DNA from: the human T2T-CHM13v2.0 reference genome, Homo sapiens
Reading direction: 5' to 3' (one strand)
NCBI RefSeq assembly: GCF_009914755.1
Contig: NC_060937.1
Length of the DNA stretch: 64,000 nucleotides
The notes under the pieces are model-generated. The model saw only the letters and a program-made list of their open reading frames with translations. It was not told where the DNA came from and searched no databases. Position numbers and translations under genes: made by a program. Positions 32,493 to 50,524 of this stretch are shown here, piece after piece. The first letter of the stretch is position 1, and every line of letters begins with the position of its first letter.

Positions 32493-33091
32493 TGCTGAGG
32501 CTTGAGTAGGTAAACAAACTGGCCAGGAAGCTCAAACTGGGTGGAGCCCACCTCAGCTCAAGGAGGCCTGCCTGCCTCTGTAGACTCCACCTCTGGGGGC
32601 AGGGCATAGGTGAACAAAAGGCAGCAGAAACTTCTGCAGACTTAAACGTCCCTGTCTGACAGCTTTGAAGAGAGCAGTGGTTCTTCCAGCACGGAGTTGG
32701 AGATCTGAGAACAGACAGACTGCCTTCGCAAGTGGGTCCCTGACCCCCGAGTAGCCTAATTGGGAGACACCTCCCAGTATGGGCCAACTGACACCTCACA
32801 CAGCTGGGTACCGCTCTGAGACGAAGCTTCCAGAGGAATGATCAGGCAGCAACATTTGCTGTTCTGCGATATTTGCTGTTCTGAAGCCTCCGCTGGTGGA
32901 CCCAGGCAAACAGGGTCTGGAGTGGACCTCCAGCAAACTCCAACAGACCTGCAGTTGAGGGTACTCACTGTTGAAAGGAAAACTAACAAACAGAAAGGAA
33001 TAGCATCAACATCAACAAAAAGAACATCCACACCAAAACCTCATCTGTAGGTCACCATCATCAAAGACCAAAGGTAGATAAAACCACAAAG

Positions 33092-34111
33092 ATGTGGAAA
33101 AACCAGAGCAGAAAAGCTGAAAATTCTAAAAACCACAGTGCCTCTTCTCTTCCAAAGGATCACAGCTCCTTGCCAGCAATGGAACAAAGCTGGACAGAGA
33201 ATGACTTTGACGAGTTGACAAAAGTAGGCTTCAGAAGGCTGGTAATAACAAACTTCTCTGAGCTAAAGGAGGATGTTCGAACCCATCACAAGGAAGCTAA
33301 AAATCTTGAAAAAAGATGAGAAGAATGGCTAACTGAATAAACAGCATAGAGAAGACCTTAAATGACCTGACGGAGCTGAAAACCATGGCACGAGTACTAC
33401 GTGATGCATGCACAAGCTTCAGTAGCCAATTCGATCAAGTGGAAGAAAGGGTATCAGTGATTGAAGATCAAATGAATGAAATGAACTGAGAAGAGAAGTG
33501 TAGAGAAAAAAGAGTAAAAGGAAATGAACAAAGCCTCCAAGAAATATGGGATTTGTGGAAAGACCAAATCTACATTTGATTGGTGTACCTGAAAGTGATG
33601 GGGAGAATGGAACTAAGTTGGAAAACACTCTTGAGGATATTATCCAGGAGAACTTCCCCAATCTAGCAAGGCAGGCCAACATTCAAATTCAGGAAATACA
33701 GAGAACACCACAAAGATACTCCTCGAGAAGGGCAACCCCAAGACACATGTCAGATTCACCAAGGTTGAAATGAAGGAAAAAATGTTAAGGGCAGCTAGAG
33801 AGAAAGGTCGGGTTACCCATAAAGGGAAGCCCATCAGGCTAACAGCAGATCTCTCAGCAGAAACTCTAAAAGCCAAAAGAGAGTGAGGGCCAATATTCAA
33901 CATTCTTAAAGAAAAGAATTTTCAACCCAGAATTTTATATCCTGCCAAACTAAGCTTCATAAGTGAAGGAAAAATAAAATCCTTTACAGACAAGCAAATG
34001 CTGAGAGATTTTGTCACCACCAGGCCTGCCTTACAAGAGCTCCTGAAGGAAGCACTAAAAATGGAAAGGAATAACCAGTACCAGCCACTGCAAAAACATG
34101 CCAAATTGTAA
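33092..34111 (+). pseudogene. L1 ORF1p, disrupted
   Basis: MWKNQSRKAENSK start; ENGTKLENTL.DIIQENFPNLARQANIQIQEIQRTP; premature stops and deletions. Confidence 0.95.
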
Positions 34112-34174
34112 AGACCATCTGTGCTAGGAAGAAACTGCATCAACTAACAGGCAAAATAACCAGCTAACATCATA

Positions 34175-38000
<3,826 letters not shown>

Positions 38001-39182
38001 ACAATGAGAACATTTGGATACACGGTGGGGAACATCACACATCAGGGCCTGTCGTGGGGTGGGGGGAGCGGGGAGGGATAGCATTAGAAGAAATACCTAA
38101 GGCAAATGACGAGTTAATGGGTGCAGCAAACCCACATGGCACATGTATACATATGTAACAAACCTGCACGTTGTGTACCCGTACCCTAGAACTTAAAGTA
38201 TAATAAAATAAAATAAAATAAAAATAAACAAATGAGGTACGTGTACTCCTTGGGGTGCACAAGATATTTCTAAGGTGTACATTGTACTGGAAAGATGTAA
38301 GGGAATACAATTCTATCTCTTCAACTTACACATGTTCACTTTTCTAGGGCTGACCTGTGCATTTCTGTGAGCAGGTTAGCCTACGTTTTTACTTCCACTA
38401 CCATGACCACTCTGTTCTCATATTAAAAACAAGACATTTTTCACCCACCCTGAGTATTTTTATGGTGCATACTTTCAAGGTATAAAAACCCCAAGGGCAC
38501 CAAGCTGAACTAAAATCCAAAATATTGATGGAATCAAAGCTCCTTCACTCAAGATATAATATATGGACTTTCTCTTTCCAAGATATATTTTTTTTTAAAA
38601 AAGAAGGTTAAGCATGACTTTATAAAATGCACACTTATGCTCCTATTGGATTCAAATACAAATATATCATAGAGTGGGATTATGGTCATGATGACTATTT
38701 TATTTAGAGATCTCACCACTTTAATCTCCTGATTATCATCAAGAAAGGAGGAAAAGCTCCTTAAAAGCAATTACAAAATAACTCTCTTGCAGGAATGTTG
38801 AAAATGGTAGCATCATTTCTTCGAGCAAATATTCCTACAGCAAGAGTTAGTGCACTATTCATCCATTAATCTTAGAATGCTCAAGATTTTAAAGAGCATG
38901 TTGGGAAGTATTAATGTACTAAGTGGTGCATCTCTATATTCATCTTAATAACAACAATAAAATAATAATATTAACCAAAAATTGCTCAATATATTTATTT
39001 ACCTATGATTCTCTCTTGGATTTCAACGTAATGGAAGTGAGTTCTCCACTTTCTTCCAGCAAATAAACACTATATATCTGTGGAAAAAGAATATATATCA
39101 GACATAAGTCAGCATTTCAGTTTTCTTCAACATGCATCCTGATTAATATGAGAAGCTTTTTCATCAACATTTAACAAAAGGT

Positions 39183-39306
39183 AGCTTGTGTGGTGGCTCA
39201 TGCCTGTAATTCCAGCACTTTGGGAGGCTGAGTGGGAGAATCTCTTGAGCCCAGGATTTCAAGCCCAGACTCGGCAACATAGTAAGACCCCTATCTCTAT
39301 AAAAAA
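39183..39306 (+). mobile_element. FLAM_C or Alu left monomer
   Basis: Monomer only, with cttgagcccagga; short A tail. Confidence 0.85.
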
Positions 39307-39508
39307 CAAAAGTGAAAAAATGATTGTTGTGGACCCTAACACCATATTCTTTTTGCTTGGATTAAAATCTGTTGCTTTCTGACAATTGCTTGCAAACAAT
39401 TTCCTGTCTCTTTGTTCATTCTGACCAAATACATATTAGATTTAAACTAACAGCAGGAATATGTTAAAAAATTCCAGTGTGAATAGTACATTTAAGAATA
39501 ATTATTTA

Positions 39509-40450
<942 letters not shown>

Positions 40451-41529
40451 AAAGAAAGAAAGAGAGAGAGAGAAAGAGAAAACAAGGGAAAAAATTACTT
40501 TTGCTTTAGCTATAAATTGTATACTGAAAACAAACCTTATACCTTTGATTTTATGTTCCACATTTTCTAGAAGCTCTAAGCTTCACTTATGCTTTTATTC
40601 AGCTACACGAAGGTATGATCATGTTGTATAACTCATATCATATTACACAATTTCATATCTGAGATCTCCAACTCACTTGCCCTAGCTCATTCTTTCTCTT
40701 TTTCACTAGAAAGTCTGCTCTCTGCCCCCACTGAAATAATAAATCATGAACATCTGTATTCATTACTCCTCCTTGAACTATTTAAGGTCTCCAAGAATCC
40801 TATTGATTACACTGCCCTCAGTGATCACTCCCTCTCTCTCCCTCAATAGTCTGTAACTTTTTAACTATTCCTGCATTACATGCTGTTCTTAATAGTTTGT
40901 TTGCCAACTGTTTCATGTAAGTTGTTTTTAATTCCCCATCTATTTTGAAAGTGAGAGCTGCTCAGAGACGTAGCCTTCCATTCCTCTCACATGGGACACC
41001 TAAAAAAACCCTGAAGATATTACCTGTTTTATTTCTGCATTCAAAGTGAACTTTGTCCAACACACCTGTCCTCAGTGTCCAACATTTTGTTTCACTGCCT
41101 TCACTGGATGATATCTTTTATCTCCAATCTCTCAGTATCACTCAACAAAGTCCATCAAACTCTTTATCTCTCTCCATTGGTTTTCTTCTGGTGCATTGGT
41201 CTGATTTTTATTTGATTTATCCAGATGCTCTATCCAGTGCCTATACTATTTCTTCTTTATACTTCTACTCTCTAACTGAAGATAGTTCACATGGTTTAGA
41301 ATTTTCACTTTCTGTTATTGCCTATAATACCTTATGTATATGGTGAAACAATGAATCCTTCAGTTCAACAAACTTATTTATGATTATCTTATTTACACCT
41401 CTCTTATATGTACTTTTCTCTTATTTTTAATATATATTTATTAATTAACTACCATGTGCAGACTCCCTACTCAGTATTCTTTTCACTAGTGTACCCTCGG
41501 AGTGAGGACTATGAAAGTATAATATTGAA

Positions 41530-42345
41530 TAGAGATAAAAGAAAACAAGTGCTGGCAAAAATGTGAAGAAAAATGAATTTTTGTACAGTGCCAGAAGGAA
41601 TGTAAATTAGTACAGTCACTATGGAAAACAATATAAAGATTCCTCAAAAAATGAAGATGGAACTACCGTATGATCTACCAATCCCATTACCGGTTACATA
41701 TTCAAAGGAAATAACATCAGTATCTTGAGGAAATATCTGCACCCCCATATTCATTGCAGCATTATTCACAATAGGCAAGTAATGTAAATAAGCTAAGTGT
41801 CCTCCAGGAATAAATGAATACAGAAAATGTGGCATATTTAAACAATGGGATATTATTCCAGTGTAATAAGAGAATTCTGTTATTTGTGGCAACATGGATG
41901 AACATGGAGGAAATTACATTACATTAAGTGAAATAAGCTAGGCACAGAAAGACAAATGCCACATGAACTCATTTACATGTGAAATTTAAAAATTGAACTC
42001 ACAGAAGTAAAGAGTAGAATGGTGGTTACCAGGGGCTCAAGGAGGGAGATTGGAATATGTTGGTCGAAAATTTCTAAGTTCCAATTAGGACAAGTAAGTT
42101 CGAGCTATCTTTTATGCAACATGGTGACTATAGTTTATAACAATGTATTACATTCTTAAAAATTGTTAAGAGTAGATTTTATGTGTTCTCACACAAAAAA
42201 ATAAGGGTATAAGATTATCCATATGTTAATTAGCTCAATGTCACCTTCCACAATATATACATATTTCAAAGCATCATATGGTACAAGTTAAATATATAGT
42301 ATTTTTATTTGTCAACTAAATAATAATAAAAGTAAAAGAAATACA
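41530..42345 (+). mobile_element. L1MA6-8-like 3' end
   Basis: agagtagaatggtggttaccagggg; aacatggtgactatagt; atatgttaattagctc. Confidence 0.85.
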
Positions 42346-42495
42346 AACAATAGAACAGAATAGAGTAGGATAAAATAAAAAAACATTAGTGTGCTTCAAA
42401 AACAATAAGCGTAAACACTGTCTTGTGAAACTTTGTGATGCCAACTGTATTTCTTGCTGTGAGCTGTGTCCCCAAAAGTTGGAAAATCACCAATC
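42346..42495. mobile_element. hAT-type MITE remnant (other end probably ~41465-41530, split by the L1MA)
   Basis: tgtgaaacttt...tgtatttcttgctgtgagc..aaaagttggaaaatcac resembles a hAT-Charlie terminus. Confidence 0.45.
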
Positions 42496-43069
42496 TAACC
42501 TATTTTACTTTGATTTTGTTAGGCTGGGAAACAAGACCGATTTTTTATTTTGTGTATTTGCAGTATAAGTTATCTTGAGTAATTAAACATTAATAGAAGA
42601 ACAGTATCATAGTTCCTCAACAAATATCTTTGTATAGAACTTGAGAGGCCTGGGAGCTGGCTACTAACATGAAAGGGGGAGGCTGATAACTCAAAACCTT
42701 TTTGACATGAAGGGGCACCTTCTCCTAGGCTCTAAAGTGACTCTAAGTCCTGCTGCTTCCTAATTTGGTCTCGGTCCTTCTTTTCTTCAAGTGTATATAA
42801 GCCTTCTTCTCTTCAAGTTCATAAAACCAAAGAAATTGTTGAGGGCAGGAGTGATAGGAAGTGCAGAGATCATGGTAACAAGCTAATCCCTCACCCCACT
42901 TCTGTGGAATTTGGCAGACATATTGCGTAGGGTGCAGACGATAAAAACACATTGACATACTCTTCAGTTGGGCGTCTTTTCATCTTTTGCTTTCTTATGG
43001 AATAGGTCAACTGCTCTTACTTTGCTTTTCCTTGAGTAGTTGAGTAGGCAAAGCAAAAAGAAAGAGTCA

Positions 43070-43382
<313 letters not shown>

Positions 43383-43674
43383 TCAGCAACTACACATAAT
43401 TGAAGTTTTTAATTGGACTAGACTGGTTTGGACTTTTAAATACCTTAAAGTGACCTGAAACCTAAGAGATTTTTCTCATGATAGTATTACGGAGCAGGGC
43501 GGGGTGGGGGCTAGATTGGGAATAACATATTGAAGACAGTGATTGGAAAGAAAGAAAACTACATTTTATTTTTTGCATACCACCCAGTTGGAAGTTTTCA
43601 ATAAATCAGCTCATCTGAATAAATGAGCTATGGAAAATAAAATTCAATATAAAATACACTTCTCTCAATATGAA

Positions 43675-43830
43675 GTAGTAGAAAGTTCAGGGACTTCATA
43701 CTCAAGGACATCAGACTTTGGCAATTTGAATCGTAACTCCTCCCATCATTAGCTATGGGGCCTTAGGCAAGTCACTCATCAGTTCAATTGCTTTTAATCT
43801 GAAATGGTATACTAAAATCTACTTCAGATT
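43675..43830 (+). mobile_element. MIR fragment
   Basis: tagctatggggccttaggcaagtcact...atctgaaatgg. Confidence 0.6.
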
Positions 43831-44959
43831 AAGATTAGATGAAGAACAGGCAGGTTCAAATGCCCATACATAGATGCTTCTCAAAACTTTGTAGTTTCTT
43901 TCCTTCTCTTTTTCCCCTTCCCTCAAGAATTGGCATCTGAAATAGATTATTTCTATAACACAGGAAAGTAAGTCATATAAAAGCATTTGATTCCAAAAAT
44001 AAGCACTGTAAAAATATAGTATGTAACTTCTCATAAGGACCATTGGCATTCATGTGGAATCTGCAGAACAGACAGCATTTCCTTAGGCTCAGATTTTGGA
44101 AAGGAAGAAATCTAGACAATGGTCTGATTTGGGAGGACAACAACTTTCATTTAAGTAAATTAGTCATGTAGCTAGCAGTGGAGGATAAACAGGCAAGACA
44201 TGAGATGGTAGAGAGGCCATGGAATTCTCAGAGTGAGAAAATGTTGGCACAAATTTGTTTCAATATGGCAGATGTCAATGATTGCTGATTGTTAGCCTCT
44301 AACTTATAACAAATAATAATTACATAATCTATGTTATCTCTTTTTAGTTAATTATATCTACTGAAATTTAGGGATGTTGGTAGTTTGTTTCAGAAGTTTT
44401 TGACTAACAATGTATGCCCCTGTATAAACGCATAACAATAGTAATTATCTGCTGTGGCATTTGAAAAATTAGTCTTCTCCATCTTTTATTTCATTTCACT
44501 AAGCCAGTCACCTTAGTTTCAGGTATATTTTCTTCAAAATGATGAGTAATGATGAGTAAAATCTCTGTAATTCATTATATTAAATAGTATAATAAAAATT
44601 ATGCCTTTTTGTAGAAAATATTCTTAGCTAAGCTTGATCACCTACTACATAACTAATTGTTCAAATTCAAGAAGTATTAAAATTCTGCTTTATTTAAAAT
44701 GAACTAATCAAGTGTTATTTAAATAGTGAAAAGAACTTGGAAGAGGGAAACTCACAAAACATTCTGATTTACCAGCAGGCAATTTAGCTTGGGCTCTGTC
44801 TAAATACATAGATTTGCTACTTATCCTTCATTTTAAGAAGTTTATTTGTCCTTTTCTTTAAAACCACGATTCTTAACACTATATACATATTATAATAACT
44901 TGAATTTAAATGTACTTTTTAACATGTACTAATACCATGATTTTTAAATGTACTAATAC

Positions 44960-45075
44960 CGTGGACCCACATGCAGAGATTTCTGCTTTAATTGGCCTAG
45001 GCTAGAATTGAACATTCTCTGTTTCAAGAGCTCCCCACATGGTGTTAATGTAGAATAAGAATTGAAACCCAGTTT
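44960..45075. mobile_element. MER5-type hAT fragment
   Basis: cagagatttctgctttaattgg..aagagctccccacatggtg..ttgaaacc. Confidence 0.55.
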
Positions 45076-45099
45076 TCCAAAGCTTCCTTTAGCTTTTTC

Positions 45100-45315
45100 A
45101 GAATTGGTGAGTTGCTTTATCCTTTGGGTATATTACAGATCTATTCATAATTCCAATAGCATTTCCATGCAATATTGTAATGTGTCTATTTATGAATCAA
45201 TCTCCTCAATCTGAATCTGGGAATGTCTCAAAGTGGAAACCAAATTAACTCTTTATTGGGTATCCAGCATCTATCAGAATGTGTCTGAAATATTATAGGA
45301 CCTCATTAAATGAGG
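45100..45315 (+). mobile_element. L2 3' fragment
   Basis: tatccagcatctatcagaatgtgtctgaaatattataggacctcattaaatg. Confidence 0.5.
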
Positions 45316-46574
45316 ATCCAGGAGTGTGATGTGTGGATGTGCATGAGAGGTAATTTATAAAGATTGGTGCAAATATTAAGGCAATATTATTATAGACAAT
45401 GCTTTAAGAGAAGATAGTTTTAGGTCAACTTGATTATATATCTTTCGATGCTTTTGCTTTTTAACTTACTCTAATTTGTCATACAGAAATAAAGATATTG
45501 ACCTTCATGTTTATTTGTTTTATGGAAGAAATAAAGAGATTATATCACTAAATCAAATATTTTTCTTACTTAAGGAAGACCTAACGTGCATTCAGCTGCC
45601 TGTTAGCTTTTCCTTCTCAATTAACTGCTATTATTGAAAAGTTATTATTAGGCAAGCAGATGATAGCTTTAAACTCATCTATGCTAAACATAAATGCAAT
45701 CTAATTACAAATCAATAGCATCCTACAGCAAATATGGAAGTAGTTTGTGCATATTTTAGAAAATTTGGAAAATACATACACTCATGATCCTCAGTGGACA
45801 AGGCTCCCCCGGCCTCTCATGAAACCATAACCAAAGCATAGTGTTCTTACTCAGCTGGAGGAGGGCTCTCATTGGTCAGACAAATTGGAAATGAGGATCA
45901 GAGTGGTCCCTGGAAATGCCTGAAGAAGGGGTGACATCAGTAATCAAACTCCACCTTTTTATCATATGAGAAATGGCTTGCCATGCCTCAGCTACCTGCT
46001 TTGACAAGCTATTTCTTACGGTTCCATCAGACCTGCTCAAGTTTCTAAACATTAGGCCTTGCTTGCTCTAACATGCTATAAGAAAAAAGTATCAAAAGAA
46101 ATAGATACTGCTATAAATATTTATTTTGTCATTTCATATTTTAGAAATATATATTGTGAAAGGGAAGAAAGAACATGTAATCAATCCAATATACTACACA
46201 TTCCTTATAAGTCTACTGTGTGTAAGGCTCTATTGTTTACTGAGAGGTAAAAGATAAAATGAAATACAGCCCTCAGGCAATAATATCACTCAGAAAATTT
46301 CAGAGCAAGGGGCTGATCTGTAGGATTCAGCAGAAAACTTCAAAATAACCCCAGAAAATTATCCATTTCAGAAAAGCAGAGACACTTGATATGTACCCAA
46401 AACTATATTCAATAAAACCGTACACATTTTTTGAGATCTACAAATTGTGGGGTGATGGGATAGGTGGTGAGGCACACACAAACACCACTTTTCTTTGACA
46501 TTGATGTCAGTAGGCAGGACTATCTCTAAAGCCAGAAAGAACTATGTTTTTAAATTTTGGAAAAGAACAACCTG

Positions 46575-46726
46575 TGTTTGAATCACCCAAGTGCTTGCTA
46601 ACATAAAAATTCATGGTCCCTACACATTGAATTAGAATCTCTAGTAGCAGAGCTCTGGAATCTGCGTTTTTAACAGCTCCCATGGGAGATTCTTCTGTAT
46701 ATTAAACTTGAAAACCAGTATCCTAG
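46575..46726. mobile_element. MER5A/B DNA transposon fragment
   Basis: gaatcacc...gaattagaatctct..ggaatctgcgtttttaacagctccc..gattct. Confidence 0.72.
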
Positions 46727-47476
46727 TTTGGGGTGGCAGATATGACTTTGGAACAGAAACCAGGAGATCTGGATTATAATATCAGTTCATCCATTAGCCA
46801 AATTGCTTGGCAAATTGTATGTCATGTTTGTCTTTGTTCTTTCAATTTATTGCCTGCAAGTAACATTCAGTAATGCTTGTTCAGCTAAAATTAATCAAAC
46901 GTTGGTTAAGTAACTTAATGTTTAAATCCCATTTTTTCTATAACCTAGCTATTCTGGATTCTATGATTTTAATGCATCTTCTAGTTCTAATACTCCATGG
47001 TTCCAGGGAGAAGAGGTAGATTCATCCTCAAATAAAGCAAGAGCTACCTCAGTTCTGATGTAGCCACAACTCCTAGCCAGTGGTGACTAATAAAACCCTG
47101 TATCCCCTGATATGTTTTCTCTGGAGTTGGGAAAACTCAGGGGACTTGTATTAGCCTCACAGGTAAGGTACCTAAAAAGCATCAAACAGACATTGCTGTG
47201 TTGCAGCTTACTTGCACATTCAAAATTACAGTAAAGGGTCAGGCACGGTGGCTCATGCCTATAATCCCAGTACTTTGGGAGATTGAGGCAGGAGGATTGC
47301 TTGAGCCCAGGAGTTTGAGACCTGTGCTACATAATGAGACCTCATCTCTACAAAAAATAAACAAAATTAGCTGAGCGTGGTAGCACACACCTGTGGTCCC
47401 AAGCCTACTTGTGGGGCTGAGGTGGAAGGATCTCTTGCGCCAAGGAAGTTGAAGCTGCAGTGAGTCATGATCATGC

Positions 47477-48756
47477 TGAGAGGTGACAGCCTGCTGGCAG
47501 CCCTGGCAGCCCTCTATCGCTATCGGTGCCTCCTCGACCTCGGTGCCCATTCTGGCCGTGCTTGAGGAGCCCTTCAGCCCGCCGCTGCACCGTGGGAGCC
47601 CTTCTCTGGATTGGCCGAGGCCGGAGCCGGCTCCCTCCGCTTGCGGGGAGGTGTGGAGGGAGAGGCACGGGCCGGGAAACGGGGCTGCGGGCGGCGCTTG
47701 CGGGCCAGCGCGAGTTCCGGGTGGGCGTGTGCTTGGCGGGCCCTGCACTCAGAGCGGCCGGCCGGCCCTGCTGCCCCGGGCAGAGGGGCTTAGCACCCGG
47801 GCCAGCAGCTGCGGAGGATGCGACGGGTCCCCCAGCAATTCCGGCCCACAGGCACTGCGCTCGATTTCTCACGGGGCCTTAGCTGCCTCCCAGTGGGGCA
47901 GGGCTAGGGACCTGCAGACTGCCATGCCTGAGTCTCCACCCACCCCCAGCCGTGGGCTCCTGCGCAGCCTGAGCCTCCCAGTGGAGCGCCGCCCCCTGCT
48001 CCACTGCGCCGGGTCCCATCGACCGCCCAAGGGCTGAGGAGTGCTAAAACAAGGCGCGAGCAGCTCCCCCTGCAGCCCCAGTGAGGGATCCACTGGGTGA
48101 AGCCCATCTGGGCTCCTGAGTCTAGCAGGGACTTGGATGAAACTTTATGTCTAGCTAAGGGATTGTAAATACACCAATCAGCACTCTGTGTCTTGCTCAA
48201 GGTTGGTGAATGCACCAATCAGCACCCTGTGTCTAGCTCAAGGTTTGTAAATGCACCAATCAGTGCTCTGTGTCTAGCTAATCTAGTGGGGACTTGGAGA
48301 ACTTTTTTGTCTAGCTCAAGGTTTGTAAACGCACCAATCAGCACCCTGTCAAAACAGACCAATCAGCTCTCTGTAAAACAGACCAATCGGCTCTCTGTAA
48401 AATGGACCAATCAGCAGGATGTGGGTGGGGCCAGATAAAAGAATAAAAGCAGGCTGCCCAAGCCACCACTGGCAACTTGCTCCAGTCCCCTTTAATAGTG
48501 TGGGAGTTTTGTTCTTCAGCTCTTTGCAATAAATTTTACTGCTGCTCCCTGTTTGGGTCCACACTTTCTTTATGAGCTATAACACTCAAGTGAAGTTCTG
48601 TAGCTTCACTACTGAAGCCAGCTAGATCACGAAGCCACCCGGAGGAACAAACTAACTCCGGATATGCTGCCTTTAAGAACTGTGACACTCACCGCAAGGG
48701 TCCCTGGCTTCATTTTTGAAGTCAGTGAAACCAAGAACCCACCAATTCTGGACACA
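47477..48756 (+). mobile_element. Solo LTR12 (LTR12C-like, ERV9), 1280 bp
   Basis: tgagaggtgacagc start and ccaattctggacaca end; 4-bp TSD atgc (47473-47476 and 48757-48760); CpG-rich U3; CCAAT repeats. Confidence 0.95.
48145..48450 (+). promoter_or_regulatory. LTR12 enhancer/promoter: seven CCAAT boxes, GC/GT box, GATA, AATAAA TATA-equivalent
   Basis: CCAAT at 48174, 48215, 48256, 48334, 48359, 48383 and 48407; gggtgggg ~48423; agataa 48433; aataaa 48442. Confidence 0.8.
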
Positions 48757-50210
48757 ATGCTACTACACTCCAGCCTGGGCGACAGAACGAGACCTTGTCT
48801 CAAATACACACTCACGTAACACACACACAGGATGAGGAAAAAAAATGCCCAAGGTTTTCCGTGTGAATTGTGTCAGCTTCTGCCTAAGTAGATCACCCAG
48901 AGACTTAAAGAATCTTTAGCAGGAAGAAGTTGGAGGTAGTGATTCACTACATGAAAAACACATCAGCTTTAAACCTTTCACAAGCCAAAGTCACAGAGTT
49001 AAATCATTGAAATAGGACACAGTAATATTTACGTGGTTCTTTTCACCTCTTCAATTTGGGAGGAACGTGAGGTAGGATATGATGGGAGAACAGAAGAAAG
49101 ACTCACATCCCTCATCCCAAGCCTTAGTCCTTGGCCAGAGAAGGGGAGAAGACTTACTTCCAGATAAAGTTGGAAATGTTGACTATTACATGGAAATAGA
49201 TCTTTCTGTTACTGAAGTTAGATTGTTTCAGAGATTGACAAGACTAGATTTACTCTGGATTTCAAGCTACTGCAAAGGGAAAATGTAACCTTACAGAGTA
49301 GATTTGAATACATCAGAAGGGAAAACAAAAATACTGAATTTTTAAATATGTATATATACGTTATTTTATAGTTCCGAGATCCTTGCAATTTATTCTAACA
49401 ATTAACCTACAAAAATATGTTGAAAATTAGTAATATGAAAAGAATCCTTCCTGGCCTTTTGGGTGATGAGAAGATGTGCATTACATTGTTCCCAATCTTA
49501 GTGAGATTTTCCTGTTTATTTGCAAGATAATGTCAATAATTAGATTTCAATGCATAATAAAACAAATATTGATATAAAGCAAAGTTATTAATTTTAACTG
49601 GAAAGATCTGGCATGTTTTCACATAGCAAGGGCATTATCAAGGTCTCTTGATGAATTTTTTTAAAAAAAAAACAAAAGCAAACAACAGCTTGATGAGAAT
49701 GCAGATTAGTGAAAAAATGGAGTGTTTAGAACGAGAGAATAGAATACTATGAAATTGGAGTATGGTGAATACAGGAATGACAAAAGCAATATCTTAAAAA
49801 GATAATCTTAAAAGTATAAAAGTTTTTGAATAAAAATGGTTTGTACTAAACCTGTTAAAAGTAAAATGTCATTTGGGGGCTAATGTAGGAGAAAATATAA
49901 TTTTTTAAGGTTTTTGACATTTTTATTTTGCAAAAATGCAGAATATACATTTTATTTAAAAATCTATACTGTATACATTCTCAACTATAAATAATATTTG
50001 AGAAAAACATTAAATGTAAATATTTCCATTTCACTCTAAACAAATGACAATAAAATGCAGGTTTCTTTTGGAAAGAGTAGTATAAATGAAAAGGTAGAAT
50101 ATTAATTGTCTTTGGAGCCAAATTACTGGCCATCCGTATAAACAGAATTGTGAATCTTAAAGTTGTCTTTAACGAAAAACTTGGGTTTGTTGTCTTAAAA
50201 CTTAACTTGG

Positions 50211-50524
50211 AGCCAGGTGCGGTGGCTTAAGCCTGTAATCCCATCACTTTGGGAGGCCAAGGCGGGTGGATCACGAAGTCAGGAGATCCAGACCATCCTA
50301 GCTAACACGGTGAAACCCCATCTCTACTAAAAATAAAAAAAAATTAGCTGGGCGTGGTGGCGGGGGCCCGCAGTCCGAGCTACTCGGGAGGCTGAGGCAG
50401 GAGAATGGCGTGAACCTGGGAGGCGGAGCTTGCAGTGAGCAAAGATCACGTCACTGTACTCCAGCCTGGGCGGCAGAGCAAGACTCTGTCTCAAAAACCA
50501 AAAAAAAAGAAAGAAAAAGAAAAA
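50211..50524 (+). mobile_element. AluY
   Basis: gctaacacggtgaaacc, ggagaatggcgtgaacc and ggagcttgcag diagnostics. Confidence 0.93.

Larger units (their letters stand above)
47237..48802 (+). mobile_element. AluJ interrupted by LTR12 (pieces 47237-47476 and 48761-48802)
   Basis: ggaggattgcttgagcccaggag diagnostics; the right arm resumes tactacactccagcctgggcgacaga after the LTR; CA-rich tail. Confidence 0.92.

Noticed and set aside
38230-38500. Possible hAT/Charlie-like terminus at the L1PA6 insertion site
   Set aside because: The resemblance is too weak to call without a Dfam search.
48145-48415. Regularly spaced 41-bp and 24-bp repeats superficially like a CRISPR array
   Set aside because: They are contiguous LTR12 U3 enhancer repeats without unique spacers, in a eukaryotic context with no cas genes.
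47239-48564. Cluster of overlapping 60-184-aa ORFs
   Set aside because: GC-rich LTR12 and Alu sequence is naturally stop-poor; no protein domain is recognisable.
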